From the IMG/VR virus record IMGVR_UViG_3300009183_004565: a stretch of 64,000 nucleotides of DNA, one strand, 5' to 3'. A program made the translations under genes and the position numbers. The notes under the pieces were generated by a model. It did no database searches. It was given only the letters and a program-made list of their open reading frames with translations, and was not told the origin of the DNA. The DNA is from a virus. Taxonomy: Duplodnaviria > Caudoviricetes. Shown piece after piece: positions 1 through 9,948 of the stretch (positions within the stretch are counted from its first letter, which is position 1; every line of letters starts with the position of its first letter).

Positions 1-1
1 T

Positions 2-313
2 TTTAATTATCTAAGCCTAGACAGTATTAAACAATTGTTAATTCAAGCCAACCAATGGTTAAAACCTGGTGGCGTAATGATGTTTACTTATAACAATGCC
101 GACATGAGTGCCAGTGCTGGCATGTGTGAAGGTTACTTTATGACCTATGTTCCAAAAAGCATGTTGGCCCCAATGGTAGAAAGTCTAGGGTACGAAATAA
201 TAAGTGCCCCGGACTATAATCCCTCGACTAGTTGGATTGAAATTAGGAAGCCCGGAATTTTAAAAACTGTCAAAGCTCACCAAGCATTAGGTGAAATAGT
301 ACACAGAGGTTAG
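2..313 (+). CDS. Class I SAM-dependent methyltransferase, C-terminal part (5'-truncated by window edge)
   Basis: Frame is open from base 2 (FNYLSLDSIKQLLIQANQWLKPGGVMMFTY). The LKPGGxxxF motif is typical of class I MTases. Confidence 0.6.
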   Translation, partial: FNYLSLDSIKQLLIQANQWLKPGGVMMFTYNNADMSASAGMCEGYFMTYVPKSMLAPMVESLGYEIISAPDYNPSTSWIEIRKPGILKTVKAHQALGEIVHRG

Positions 314-342
314 TTGACTTTTCTAAATACAATAGTTACAAT
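314..342 (+). promoter_or_regulatory. Sigma70-like promoter upstream of the sliding-clamp-like gene
   Basis: TTGACT-17 bp-TACAAT; AGGAG RBS at ~356-360. Confidence 0.6.
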
Positions 343-366
343 TACAAATATTCTTAGGAGAAATAA

Positions 367-1098
367 ATGCGAGATTACTTACTCGATATAGTATCACACA
401 CTCATAGTTTGGGTGTTATTGATTTAGTTAAAATTACCGGTACTGATTCGTTGACTCTTGTTAACGCAGTTGGCGAAGAACGTGTGGCTATTGTGGAAGC
501 ACAATTTCATAATCCTGTTCCAGAGTTTATGGGTACCTTTGGTATGCCTAATCTGGGCAAACTTAATACCATTCTTAATATTCCTGAGTACAAGGAAGAT
601 GCCAAACTGTCTATTATCTCTAAAGACGTCGAAGGTGTCAAGACACCCGAAGGCATTCATTTTGAAAACAAAGAAGGAGATTTTAAAAATAGTTATCGAT
701 TCATGAGTGCCAATGTAGTAAACAACACTTTGCAAACAGTTAAGTTTAAAGGTGTTAAATGGGGAGTAGAAATTGAACCCAGCGTGACTTCGATACAGAA
801 ACTTCGATTTCAAGCACAAGCCAATAGTGAAGAAACAAGTTTTATTGCCAAAGTTGAAAATGGTAATTTAGTATTCTATTTTGGTGATCATAGTAGTCAT
901 GCTGGTAACTTTGTGTTTGCACACGATGTAGCAGGAACATTGACCAAAGCATGGCATTGGCCAATTGCTGCTGTAATTAGTATTTTGGCATTGCCTGGTG
1001 ATAAAATGATTAGATTCAGTGACGAAGGTGCAGCTCAAATTACGGTGGATTCTGGATTAGCCGTTTATAATTATATCTTGCCAGCACAAACCAAGTGA
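367..1098 (+). CDS. Putative sliding clamp (gp45/PCNA-like DNA polymerase accessory protein)
   Basis: 243 aa, clamp-sized. Segments VAIVEAQF...FGMPNLGKLNTILNIPEY and IHFENKEGDFKNSYRFMS resemble T4 gp45 organisation. Recognition by eye only. Confidence 0.5.
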   Translation: MRDYLLDIVSHTHSLGVIDLVKITGTDSLTLVNAVGEERVAIVEAQFHNPVPEFMGTFGMPNLGKLNTILNIPEYKEDAKLSIISKDVEGVKTPEGIHFENKEGDFKNSYRFMSANVVNNTLQTVKFKGVKWGVEIEPSVTSIQKLRFQAQANSEETSFIAKVENGNLVFYFGDHSSHAGNFVFAHDVAGTLTKAWHWPIAAVISILALPGDKMIRFSDEGAAQITVDSGLAVYNYILPAQTK

Positions 1099-1739
1099 TA
1101 GATTTTATAGAATATTATAAAACAAAGGGTCATGTGTTCGGCGAATGTATGAGTAAAGCCGACACTGACCTTATGTACGTTAATATTCCTAAAAATGCCA
1201 GTTCATGGACCAAACCTAATTTAAAAGATTGGGGATGGGAGAATTACAACTATCATACTGATAATTTGTATCATAAACATGCTATAATAGTTTTGCGTAA
1301 TCCAGTTGAACGTTGGTTAAGTGGCATTGCTGAATACATGTATCTGTACCATAGAAATTTAGATACAGCACATTTTTCAAATTGTTTTTTTGATTTAGTA
1401 TTTGATAGAATAGCATTTGACGATCACACCGAACAACAAGTATTATTCTTAGAAGGATTGAATCTTACTAACTGTACTTTCTTTTGGTGTGGATCTCAAT
1501 ATAGAGAACTATTCAGTCATTTTTTAAATAATCGCGGAATGAGTAATAGATATTTCAATTACGATTATCAACATGTGACACAAGATGATCCTATCAGAAG
1601 TCAATTCAAACAAACTTTTAAACAGGTACTAGATAAAAATTCTAAATACACTACGAATTTGGATAATTTTTTTTCTAAAGACTACAAACTAATTAGATCT
1701 ATTAATTTTTATGACAATCATTCAATCTTTTCAAATTAG
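1095..1739 (+). CDS. Sulfotransferase (Sulfotransfer_2-like), copy 1
   Basis: 5'-PSB-like YVNIPKNASSW, 3'-PB-like LRNPVERWLSG, DDHTEQQ and C-terminal DYKLI. Confidence 0.75.
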   Translation: MIDFIEYYKTKGHVFGECMSKADTDLMYVNIPKNASSWTKPNLKDWGWENYNYHTDNLYHKHAIIVLRNPVERWLSGIAEYMYLYHRNLDTAHFSNCFFDLVFDRIAFDDHTEQQVLFLEGLNLTNCTFFWCGSQYRELFSHFLNNRGMSNRYFNYDYQHVTQDDPIRSQFKQTFKQVLDKNSKYTTNLDNFFSKDYKLIRSINFYDNHSIFSN

Positions 1740-2361
1740 AGGACTAATTGACCCAACAGAAAAATTTATATTCCTGGATGTATCAAAAAATGCCTCTACA
1801 AAGATTCTAAATACTCTGCGTAATGCCGAATGGACCAATTTGCCTGTTATGGAACGAAAAGAAAAAAATAATTTTCTTAACGACAAAATACTTTTTTCTG
1901 TACTAAGGGAACCATATGAGAGATGGGTAAGCGGATTTACAACATATGCTAAGTTGCCAGGAGCCAGGGGAACTCTTAATCTCTCGTTGTATAGATTATT
2001 AAACTCAGATCATTGGTACATTACTTTACAATCAATATTTGACTTTAGTGATAATTTTGAATTTGATATTCATACTCAATTACAATGCAATTGTTTTGAC
2101 AGTTATAATGATACAAATACAGATATTAACTTTTTTCTACTTAACGAAAATGTTTGGTCCAATTTGCAAAATTGGTGCGATACTGTTAATTTAGAAATAT
2201 TTTTTAACGATCGTTATGTAAATCAAACAGCCAAATCAAATTTAATATATAATCGAATAGTATCGTTTCTAGATACAAATCCTCGTTATAAAGAAAAATT
2301 AATGACTTGGTTACAACCTGATTACGATTTTTTTAACTCAGTGAAATTTGTTGCCCAATGA
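1711..2361 (+). CDS. Sulfotransferase (Sulfotransfer_2-like), copy 2
   Basis: FLDVSKNASTK, LREPYERWVSG, DIHTQLQ, DYDFF. Confidence 0.7.
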   Translation: MTIIQSFQIRGLIDPTEKFIFLDVSKNASTKILNTLRNAEWTNLPVMERKEKNNFLNDKILFSVLREPYERWVSGFTTYAKLPGARGTLNLSLYRLLNSDHWYITLQSIFDFSDNFEFDIHTQLQCNCFDSYNDTNTDINFFLLNENVWSNLQNWCDTVNLEIFFNDRYVNQTAKSNLIYNRIVSFLDTNPRYKEKLMTWLQPDYDFFNSVKFVAQ

Positions 2362-3002
2362 AATTAATAAAATACTGGTACGCGGACTCTCTAATAGATC
2401 CAGATCAAAAATTTTGGTATCTTCCAATATATAAAAATGCCAGCACTAAGATTACCTCATGTTTAAAAAGAAAGAATTGGGATACACTAATTCGCACCAA
2501 TATAATCAACGAAGATAAGTTTGTTAATAAATCTGTGCAATTTGCAATACTTCGCGACCCATACGAGCGTTGGATCTCTACTTATGTTTCTTATATTAAA
2601 AATCCTATATTTGATCAATCTTCTTTGAATTCTCTGTTAGCATCAAAAAATAAAGATGATTTTGTTGAATTGCTATTTAATCGTGCACCTATTCAAGAAT
2701 TTGATATGTATACCAATTTACAATCTGTAGCACTTTTAGATCATCCAGACTTAAAAAAAATTAACTTTTTTTGGCTCAATGGTCAGACTGGATATCAATT
2801 AAATAAATGGCTTCAGTCTCATAATGAAATAACATCATTGAATAACAGTATAGAAAACGGGATTGATAAAAAAGACCCACTATACCGAGAAGTAATTTCT
2901 TTTTTATTTAATTACAAGAATCATAAAATTAAAAACAAAATAATGGATTATTTACAACCAGACTACGATTTTATAAGCGGAATTAATTTTTATGCAAGAT
3001 AA
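2358..3002 (+). CDS. Sulfotransferase (Sulfotransfer_2-like), copy 3
   Basis: YLPIYKNASTK, LRDPYERWIST, DMYTNLQ, DYDFI. Confidence 0.7.
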   Translation: MKLIKYWYADSLIDPDQKFWYLPIYKNASTKITSCLKRKNWDTLIRTNIINEDKFVNKSVQFAILRDPYERWISTYVSYIKNPIFDQSSLNSLLASKNKDDFVELLFNRAPIQEFDMYTNLQSVALLDHPDLKKINFFWLNGQTGYQLNKWLQSHNEITSLNNSIENGIDKKDPLYREVISFLFNYKNHKIKNKIMDYLQPDYDFISGINFYAR

Positions 3003-4539
3003 TTTAACAAGTAAACAAAATGATTACGCAGTATTCTTACCTGCTATCTCGGGCTTCTATGCAACTTTTATAGGAAAGCAGCGTGTTAACAACGACTATG
3101 TTGACCCTGCACGTTTTCCTGTAGGACTAACTGACTTAGAGCAAATGAATTGGCTTAACAGTCAGCAATCTTGGTTTCCGTATCGCTGGAGTTTGTATTC
3201 AGGTGGTCATGCCAATTTGGATTTAACCAAAGACGATCCAAGCGAGGACATGGTTCGTAAACGCGAACCGGGTACATTCATGTTAGGTGACTCAGGTGGA
3301 TTCCAAATTGCCAAGGGTTTATGGGAAGGTGATTGGAAAGCCAACTCAGGTTGCCCCAAGGCTCAAGGTAAACGCGAAGCGGTACTTAAATGGCTGGATG
3401 GCATTGCTGATTACGGCATGATTCTTGATATACCTACCTGGGTAACTAAAGATCCCAAGGCCAGCGCCGCCTGTCAAATCAAAACAGTTCCTGAAGCTAT
3501 TGCAGCAACAAAGTTTAACAATGAATACTTTATTGCAAACAGAAAAGGCAAAGACAACGGTGGTGCCAAGTTCTTAAATGTGTTACAAGGTTCTACACAC
3601 ACCAATGCAGAATCTTGGTATCAAGAAATGAAAAAGTATTGCGATCCTGCACAGTATCCTGGCAAACACTTTGATGGGTGGGCAATGGGCGGACAGAACA
3701 TGTGTGATGTACATTTAATCCTAAAGCGATTGATTGCATTACGTTACGACAATTTACTACAAGAAGGTGTTCATGATTGGATGCACTTCTTGGGTACTTC
3801 AAAACTAGAGTGGGCATTACTACTCACAGATATACAGAGATCAATACGCCGATATGTTAACCCTTCTTTTACTATTTCCTTTGACTGTGCTAGTCCTTTC
3901 CTTGCTACGGCGAATGGACAAGTCTACCACGAAATTGACCTTACCCCAGGACAAAAATGGTCCTATAGAATGAATCCCAGTGCCGACGATAAAAAATATT
4001 CCACAGATACTCGCAGTTACAAAGACGGCACTATACAAGACGGTTTCTGGAAACATTTTGACGAAAGTCCGATTAGCCAACGTTTACAAATGAAAGATAT
4101 TTGTATATATAAACCCGGCGACCTAAATAAGAATGGCAAGGAAGGCAAGACTTCTTGGGATAGTTTCAGTTATGCATTGCTAATGGGGCATAACGTATGG
4201 ACGCACATTGAATCAGTTCAACGTGCCAATCGTGAATATGATGCCGGCAACTATCCTGCTATGATGCAGTATAGTGGCCCCGGACAAGATAAGTTTAAAG
4301 ATATCATTGATAGTATTTTTGCTGCGCCTGACAAACAAACAGCACTTGATATCGTTGAACATTATAGTAAGTATTGGATGGAAATTGTTGGCACTAGAGG
4401 CAACAAAGGTAAAAAAGCGTTGAATTCTGAAACAATGATGGATGTGCATTTTGAATTAGAAGGCAGTAGTGTTAAAGTAGAGAAGTCCAAGAAAGAAAAA
4501 CCCTTGGCAATTTTAAATCCAGATCTTTTTGAGGTATAA
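2992..4539 (+). CDS. dpdA: tRNA-guanine transglycosylase-like protein, probably DpdA-type 7-deazaguanine DNA transglycosylase
   Basis: TGT motifs GDSGGFQ, MILDIP, WAMGG, HFLG, SFDCASP and late HN; clustered with folE/queD/queE. Confidence 0.8.
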   Translation: MQDNLTSKQNDYAVFLPAISGFYATFIGKQRVNNDYVDPARFPVGLTDLEQMNWLNSQQSWFPYRWSLYSGGHANLDLTKDDPSEDMVRKREPGTFMLGDSGGFQIAKGLWEGDWKANSGCPKAQGKREAVLKWLDGIADYGMILDIPTWVTKDPKASAACQIKTVPEAIAATKFNNEYFIANRKGKDNGGAKFLNVLQGSTHTNAESWYQEMKKYCDPAQYPGKHFDGWAMGGQNMCDVHLILKRLIALRYDNLLQEGVHDWMHFLGTSKLEWALLLTDIQRSIRRYVNPSFTISFDCASPFLATANGQVYHEIDLTPGQKWSYRMNPSADDKKYSTDTRSYKDGTIQDGFWKHFDESPISQRLQMKDICIYKPGDLNKNGKEGKTSWDSFSYALLMGHNVWTHIESVQRANREYDAGNYPAMMQYSGPGQDKFKDIIDSIFAAPDKQTALDIVEHYSKYWMEIVGTRGNKGKKALNSETMMDVHFELEGSSVKVEKSKKEKPLAILNPDLFEV

Positions 4540-4746
4540 ATGTACAAAGCTAAAATTAAACAACTTGAAGAATCTCATCGTGTGTTAAACAAACAGATAG
4601 ACGACATGGAACGTAATCATCCTCATGTTGAAGTTGATCGACTTGCTGAAATGAAAAAGAAAAAACTACTTGTTAAAGACGAAATCAGCCGTCTTAATAA
4701 GTTACAATGGGATCACGATCATGAAACGGTACACGGCGATGAATAG
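4540..4746 (+). CDS. Small coiled-coil protein, YdcH/DUF465-like
   Basis: LEESHRVLNKQI...LAEMKKKKLLVKDEI pattern. Confidence 0.55.
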   Translation: MYKAKIKQLEESHRVLNKQIDDMERNHPHVEVDRLAEMKKKKLLVKDEISRLNKLQWDHDHETVHGDE

Positions 4747-5248
4747 AAACGGACATAACAATGCAAGCCTTTTTGTAGGCACTGAAGTAGAACATACACC
4801 TGCATTTGATTTAAAGACACTATTTGTTGTTGATATACAATCTATAGAATTAATCGAAGCCGCATACCTTGCACATAAATGCGAACACATATACTTTGGT
4901 GCTAATCAAAGTTTTGCACCCAACGGTACTGCTAATTATTTTACTTTATGGGAAGAAATGATTACCCATTTTCTTAAGAAAGATCGTTTGTGTACGTTGG
5001 ATTTTGATGTATCCCATGTTGAATATGTATTGGAATATGGGTTCACCGAATATCATAATTTTATCCCAATGATTTCGGTTAAATTGCCCTATATACAACA
5101 ATTAGGATATAATGCTATAATTAAGCTCGACGATAAAGATTTTAATGCAACCAATCCTGGTGTATGGTGTCATAGTGTACACAAGTTACAAAATCGTCGA
5201 GTGTTCACTGACTGGTCTAAATACACCAAAGACGAGATTATTAAATGA
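4739..5248 (+). CDS. Hypothetical protein between dpdA and the DpdL-like gene
   Basis: Clean ORF overlapping both neighbours. The ATG at 4739 is more plausible than 4670. No family recognised. Confidence 0.6.
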   Translation: MNRNGHNNASLFVGTEVEHTPAFDLKTLFVVDIQSIELIEAAYLAHKCEHIYFGANQSFAPNGTANYFTLWEEMITHFLKKDRLCTLDFDVSHVEYVLEYGFTEYHNFIPMISVKLPYIQQLGYNAIIKLDDKDFNATNPGVWCHSVHKLQNRRVFTDWSKYTKDEIIK

Positions 5249-5673
5249 ATCAAGAACAAAGACAAACAGCAGATAGAATTATAGAACGTGCCGAAAGACA
5301 AATTTGGGTAACTTTTAGGCGCGAAGGTATCCATAAATACCCAGCAGCATTGGAGGAACCACAACTTGCGGATGTATCTTTTCTTGGCTATCCTCATCGC
5401 CATATCTTTCATTTCCGGGTGTCAATTGATGTGTTCCACAATGACCGGGACATCGAATTCATCCAATTCAAACGCTGGCTCGAAGGGCTGTATAGTGCTA
5501 GTACACTCATTTTAGATTATAAAAGTTGCGAAATGATTGCTGATGACTTATATGTCCAAATTGCTAGTAAATTTCCCGGACGTAATGTTATAATCAACGT
5601 GAGTGAAGACGGCGAAAATGGCTGTACTATCACTTACAATACACACCAACCTTATCAATCAATGAAAATTTAA
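5245..5673 (+). CDS. dpdL: T-fold QueD paralogue, DpdL-like (candidate CDG decarboxylase)
   Basis: FLGYPHRHIFHFRV = LxxxHRHxF, plus RDIEFIQFKRWL and SCEMIA; QueD-like size; next to dpdA. Confidence 0.65.
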   Translation: MNQEQRQTADRIIERAERQIWVTFRREGIHKYPAALEEPQLADVSFLGYPHRHIFHFRVSIDVFHNDRDIEFIQFKRWLEGLYSASTLILDYKSCEMIADDLYVQIASKFPGRNVIINVSEDGENGCTITYNTHQPYQSMKI

Positions 5674-5674
5674 T

Positions 5675-6049
5675 ATGGTTAAAGCTCCTCCATGTATAGT
5701 ATTAGGGTGCGGAAGATCTTCTTCTTACATTAATAGAAACCAAGATGGCACAAAAAAATATCGAAATACCTGTAGCAAACATCATAAAACGAATTTAAAC
5801 ATGTCTAAAAAAGATTATTGCGAAAATATTGATGGTCGCCTTGGATTTAAATGTACCACTACTATCTTAGGTCCGTATCAATTACAAGTAGATCACGTTG
5901 ACGGAGATCGTTACAATAACGATCCAAAAAATCTTCAGACTTTGTGTGCTTGTTGTCACGCTCATAAAACGCATAAAGAAAAAAATCATCTTAGACGTTA
6001 CAATAAAAAAATACAAACTACATTTAATTCAATTTTCAACTTTCAATAA
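5675..6049 (+). CDS. Free-standing HNH endonuclease
   Basis: LQVDHVDGDRYNNDPKNLQTLCACCHAHKT (HNH core with CxxCH). Confidence 0.8.
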   Translation: MVKAPPCIVLGCGRSSSYINRNQDGTKKYRNTCSKHHKTNLNMSKKDYCENIDGRLGFKCTTTILGPYQLQVDHVDGDRYNNDPKNLQTLCACCHAHKTHKEKNHLRRYNKKIQTTFNSIFNFQ

Positions 6050-6066
6050 AAATCTAAGGAGCAACT

Positions 6067-6990
6067 ATGCCCCGAGTAAAAAAGTCTGCTGCACTAGATG
6101 CCGAGCACGAAAAACTCATTGCGGTTTTAAAGTTTACACCACGTACCTATAAAATTTCATTGTGGGGATATGGTGGCGAATCTGTTATGGGTACCGTACC
6201 TCGCGAAATCTACGATTACTTTAAACAGCGTAGACTTGATGTTAGTGGCTTTGCATGGGACAGCGACTACGCCGAAGAAAACAATATTCCCGAAGCGATG
6301 TGGCCATTCTCTCCTGGTTCATGGTACGAGTGTGATGATATAGCACATGTCAATGGTGTTGTATTAGATAGTGGCACTGTACACATTGAAGATGAAAACG
6401 GTGACGAAATTCTCCAGTGTGGGATTGATGCTTTCCAAGACGAAGACTGTCCTGAATTAGATTACACAGACGAAACCTTTATTGACGATAAGCCGCCAGG
6501 CACTATAGTATTCATTGGCAACAGTAACGAAAAAGGTACGTTCTTTGAAGGCAGTATTGATCTTAGTGCCCCGTTTGATATCAACAAACTAACTTTCAAA
6601 ATTGAAGACGTAGACGGCAGTGAAGTTGTCTGCGGAATAGAATACGACGGCGAGTCGATTGATAACTATGGTGGCGATACCACTGGCAAGAGTTCAGAAT
6701 TTGGATTCTATGTTGCAGGATCAATGAAGAATGGTAAGTGGGAACGTTATCGTAACGAAGATGATTGCACTTACGAAATGACTGCATGGTTTCCAAAAAA
6801 CACCAAACCTGTGCGCGAAGGTGTTTATGAAATTGATGCAGGTAATAAAGAAAAATGGCCAAACTTTAGTCCAACTACAGCACGATGGACAGGCACACGA
6901 TGGCTCAGTGTCTGGGCAGATGACACTCCCGAAACACCAGAAGTAAAAATAAAACAATGGCGTGGCATTGCCTACGATCCAAACAACTAA
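6067..6990 (+). CDS. Hypothetical acidic protein
   Basis: 307 aa ORF with AGGAG RBS; strongly D/E-rich; no family recognised. Confidence 0.6.
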   Translation: MPRVKKSAALDAEHEKLIAVLKFTPRTYKISLWGYGGESVMGTVPREIYDYFKQRRLDVSGFAWDSDYAEENNIPEAMWPFSPGSWYECDDIAHVNGVVLDSGTVHIEDENGDEILQCGIDAFQDEDCPELDYTDETFIDDKPPGTIVFIGNSNEKGTFFEGSIDLSAPFDINKLTFKIEDVDGSEVVCGIEYDGESIDNYGGDTTGKSSEFGFYVAGSMKNGKWERYRNEDDCTYEMTAWFPKNTKPVREGVYEIDAGNKEKWPNFSPTTARWTGTRWLSVWADDTPETPEVKIKQWRGIAYDPNN

Positions 6991-7012
6991 CCTTAATAAC
7001 TAGGAGAATAAA

Positions 7013-7231
7013 ATGGCCGCAGCATGGCTCAAGAAGTATCTAAAGATGAAACCCGAAGTCAATCAAATCTTTGAAGACCTCGAGAAATACAAAGAGTTTT
7101 GTGTAACATACGGTTACATCTACGACGAGCGTCACTTGTACAACGAAAAAACACCTTGGGGCGAGTTCGAACGTGTACAACGTGGCAAATGGCCCAAGAT
7201 GAATTGGTATGCCAAGAAGGAACGTACCTAA
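7013..7231 (+). CDS. Hypothetical protein
   Basis: AGGAG RBS, 72 aa ORF. Confidence 0.55.
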   Translation: MAAAWLKKYLKMKPEVNQIFEDLEKYKEFCVTYGYIYDERHLYNEKTPWGEFERVQRGKWPKMNWYAKKERT

Positions 7232-7235
7232 TTAA

Positions 7236-7781
7236 ATGAACGTTTTAACTTACGATCATGTACTCCCAACTTGGTTAGAGGAGTCTGGAGAAAATCAGTT
7301 CTATAGATTTCCTTTAGAATATAATCATCGCACAAAAGATGAAAATCCTCCATTTTTTGGTAAGTGTCTATACAACAAAAAAACAGGAGTATATGTTCAA
7401 TCTCCTTATTTTGTAGATGCTTTGTGTGATTGTATTAGGTATGACCTTGTGAATAAAATTGACCCAAGTGCAACATTCAATGAATTTCAAAGAGTGATTG
7501 TAAACGGGCAGATAGGTGGTATGTCTCCTGGTAGACATCCTGACTATGATGATCGTAATATGTGGACTGCTGTTTATTTCCTGTTAGGAAATTCAGGAGA
7601 CCTAGTATTTTATCTTGATAACACTACTAAGAAGATCAAGTTTAGAAAACATAGATTGGTAGTGTTTAATAGTCGTATAGAACACGAAGCACTAGCACCC
7701 AATGAAGGTGATTGGAGAATGAGCATTGGTATCAATTGGTATATGGATACCAAATTTAATGAAATTGTAAAAGGAAAATAA
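7236..7781 (+). CDS. 2OG-Fe(II) oxygenase (prolyl-hydroxylase-like)
   Basis: HxD (RHPDYDD), distal His (IEHEALAP) and RxS (WRMSIG). Confidence 0.75.
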   Translation: MNVLTYDHVLPTWLEESGENQFYRFPLEYNHRTKDENPPFFGKCLYNKKTGVYVQSPYFVDALCDCIRYDLVNKIDPSATFNEFQRVIVNGQIGGMSPGRHPDYDDRNMWTAVYFLLGNSGDLVFYLDNTTKKIKFRKHRLVVFNSRIEHEALAPNEGDWRMSIGINWYMDTKFNEIVKGK

Positions 7782-8974
7782 TGCGTAAATTATGGTATAT
7801 GGGTCTAGAACCCTATAAAGCACGATACACTCTACAGTTACAAGAGTGGAATCGTGCTGTATTTGACCGCCGTGGCATCAACTACGAAATAGTAGAAGGC
7901 GAAACGCTAAGTAACGACCAAGCCATTGTAACCGGACAAGTGCTAGATGCACATGGTCGTACATACTTTGGTATGAGCCAACTGATGAATCTTGTTCGCA
8001 AGATGAAAGCAGGAGAAGTTACCAATGAAGATGTTGTATACTTCGAAGACATGTTTCAACCTGGTATCGAGAGCTTGCCTTATATCATGCAGCAGTGCGA
8101 TCCTGCTATGCGTCCCAAGATTGCTGTTCGTTGTCTTGCACAAAGCATTGACCCAGATGACTTTGTTCATGTCTGGGGCATGCAACAGTGGATGGGGCAT
8201 TATGAAAAGATGGTAGATAGTTTTGCCGATATCGTTCTTGCCAGTAACGAAGAAATGGTTATGCACATGAAGGTTGCAGGATGGCAGGCTCCTGTGTATA
8301 ATATTAGTGGACTGGCATTTGGCAAAGAGGAAGTACGTGGTCGTGTGGCCGGTGCACTAAAGCCATTCCATGGTCGTAAGTATCGTGTGGGATTTGCTGC
8401 CCGATGGGATCAAGAGAAGCAACCAGACTTTTACATGGATCTAATAGAAGAATATCACCGTCGTGCCAGTTTTGTGTTTAATGATTGGCCCAATGTTGAG
8501 TTCTGCGTATTCAGTGGCAGTAAACTAAAAAGCAATAACGACAGTTACATGGCTCGTACTCGACGTATGCAGGCTGAAGGTAAACTTGTCGTTCATGAGG
8601 ACTTGGAAAAAAATGATTATTATAATTTACTCAATGATACTCGTGTGTTATTCAATTGCGCTTTACAAGACTGGGTTAGTAACACTGTCAGCGAAGCCGA
8701 CACTCTGGGATGTAATGTGTTATATCCCGCATATCGTAGTTTTCCTGAGTCTTTTGCTAACGATCATGAAAGACTTTACATTCCTTGGAGTATAGATGAC
8801 GCAATTACTAAACTTAATAAGCTATTGGAGCATCCTCATCCCGGTATGGGCACCATTAGTGATTGGACTGGGGGTACCATTGATCGCATTGTGGACATTC
8901 TAGAAGGCAAGGGCGAACAGTGGCAGCGCATGAGTACCGACTATCGTAAACATACACACGAGCACAAGTATTAA
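7781..8974 (+). CDS. GT-B (GT4-like) glycosyltransferase
   Basis: VGFAARWDQEKQP, YYNLLNDTRVLFNCALQDWVSNTVSEADTLGCNVL (GT4-type C-terminal nucleotide-sugar-binding segment). Confidence 0.75.
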   Translation: MRKLWYMGLEPYKARYTLQLQEWNRAVFDRRGINYEIVEGETLSNDQAIVTGQVLDAHGRTYFGMSQLMNLVRKMKAGEVTNEDVVYFEDMFQPGIESLPYIMQQCDPAMRPKIAVRCLAQSIDPDDFVHVWGMQQWMGHYEKMVDSFADIVLASNEEMVMHMKVAGWQAPVYNISGLAFGKEEVRGRVAGALKPFHGRKYRVGFAARWDQEKQPDFYMDLIEEYHRRASFVFNDWPNVEFCVFSGSKLKSNNDSYMARTRRMQAEGKLVVHEDLEKNDYYNLLNDTRVLFNCALQDWVSNTVSEADTLGCNVLYPAYRSFPESFANDHERLYIPWSIDDAITKLNKLLEHPHPGMGTISDWTGGTIDRIVDILEGKGEQWQRMSTDYRKHTHEHKY

Positions 8975-9948
8975 TGAAAATAGTTATCACAGGAGGATGT
9001 GGCTACATTGGTAGTCACATCGCACGAGCACTAAAACAACACAATGCAGATAATTGTGTATACATTATTGACCGTGTGCGTAGAGATCATACACTTCAAG
9101 ATGTAGACGGCTACCTACACGAAGATTATGCCAGCAAGAACAGTTTGCTATGGATTACGGAACTAGAACCTGATGTTATTGTGCATTGTGCAGGCAGCAG
9201 TCTTGTTGGCGAGAGTATGACCAATCCTGCTGAGTATTATGAAAACAATATTGCAAAGACTATTACTCTATTGTCGCATGTAAAAGATCTACGTAAGAAA
9301 CCTTTGATACTGTTTAGTAGTAGTGCCAGTGTGTACGGCAATCCTGCGACTGTTCCGGTATATGAGTCAGATCCCAAACTGCCTATCAGTCCATATGGTG
9401 TTAGCAAACATGTTACTGAACGACTATTAAGTGACTATCATGCAGCATACGGTGTTCCTAGTGTGTGCTTTAGATATTTTAATGCAGCCGGAGCAGAACC
9501 TTTTGCACATGACCTTGGGCAAGCACCTGGTGCCAGTCATATCGTTGCTAGAATACTAGAAGCCAAACTTGCTGGGAAATCGTTTACGCTTAATGGTGCA
9601 GATTATAACACACCGGATCGTACTTGTATTCGTGATTACATACACGTATGGGATTTGGCTGACGCACACATACGTGCCATTGAGTGGATGAACAATGAGA
9701 ATGAGAAACGTGCTGCAGTGATGAATCTTGGTACTCAACATGGTATTAGCAATCAAGAGATTATTGATTATGTAACAGTAAACTACGGTGGCATTGATGT
9801 TGTAGTTGGGCCAAGGCGCCCCGGAGATCCAGATCGACTTGTTGCTGATGCAAGTGTAGCATATGCTTTATTAAAATGGAAACCTGTCTACTCAACGATC
9901 AATCAAATTGTTGATAGTGCATACAAATGGTATACTCGTGAGCTTTGA
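8974..9948 (+). CDS. galE: UDP-glucose 4-epimerase
   Basis: GGCGYIGSH, FSSSASVYG, YGVSK (YxxxK), RYFNAAGA, IRDYIHVWDLA. Confidence 0.9.
   Translation: MKIVITGGCGYIGSHIARALKQHNADNCVYIIDRVRRDHTLQDVDGYLHEDYASKNSLLWITELEPDVIVHCAGSSLVGESMTNPAEYYENNIAKTITLLSHVKDLRKKPLILFSSSASVYGNPATVPVYESDPKLPISPYGVSKHVTERLLSDYHAAYGVPSVCFRYFNAAGAEPFAHDLGQAPGASHIVARILEAKLAGKSFTLNGADYNTPDRTCIRDYIHVWDLADAHIRAIEWMNNENEKRAAVMNLGTQHGISNQEIIDYVTVNYGGIDVVVGPRRPGDPDRLVADASVAYALLKWKPVYSTINQIVDSAYKWYTREL

Noticed and set aside
4670-4738. N-terminal extension of the 4670-5248 ORF
   Set aside because: Overlaps the YdcH-like gene; ATG 4739 next to the upstream stop is more plausible
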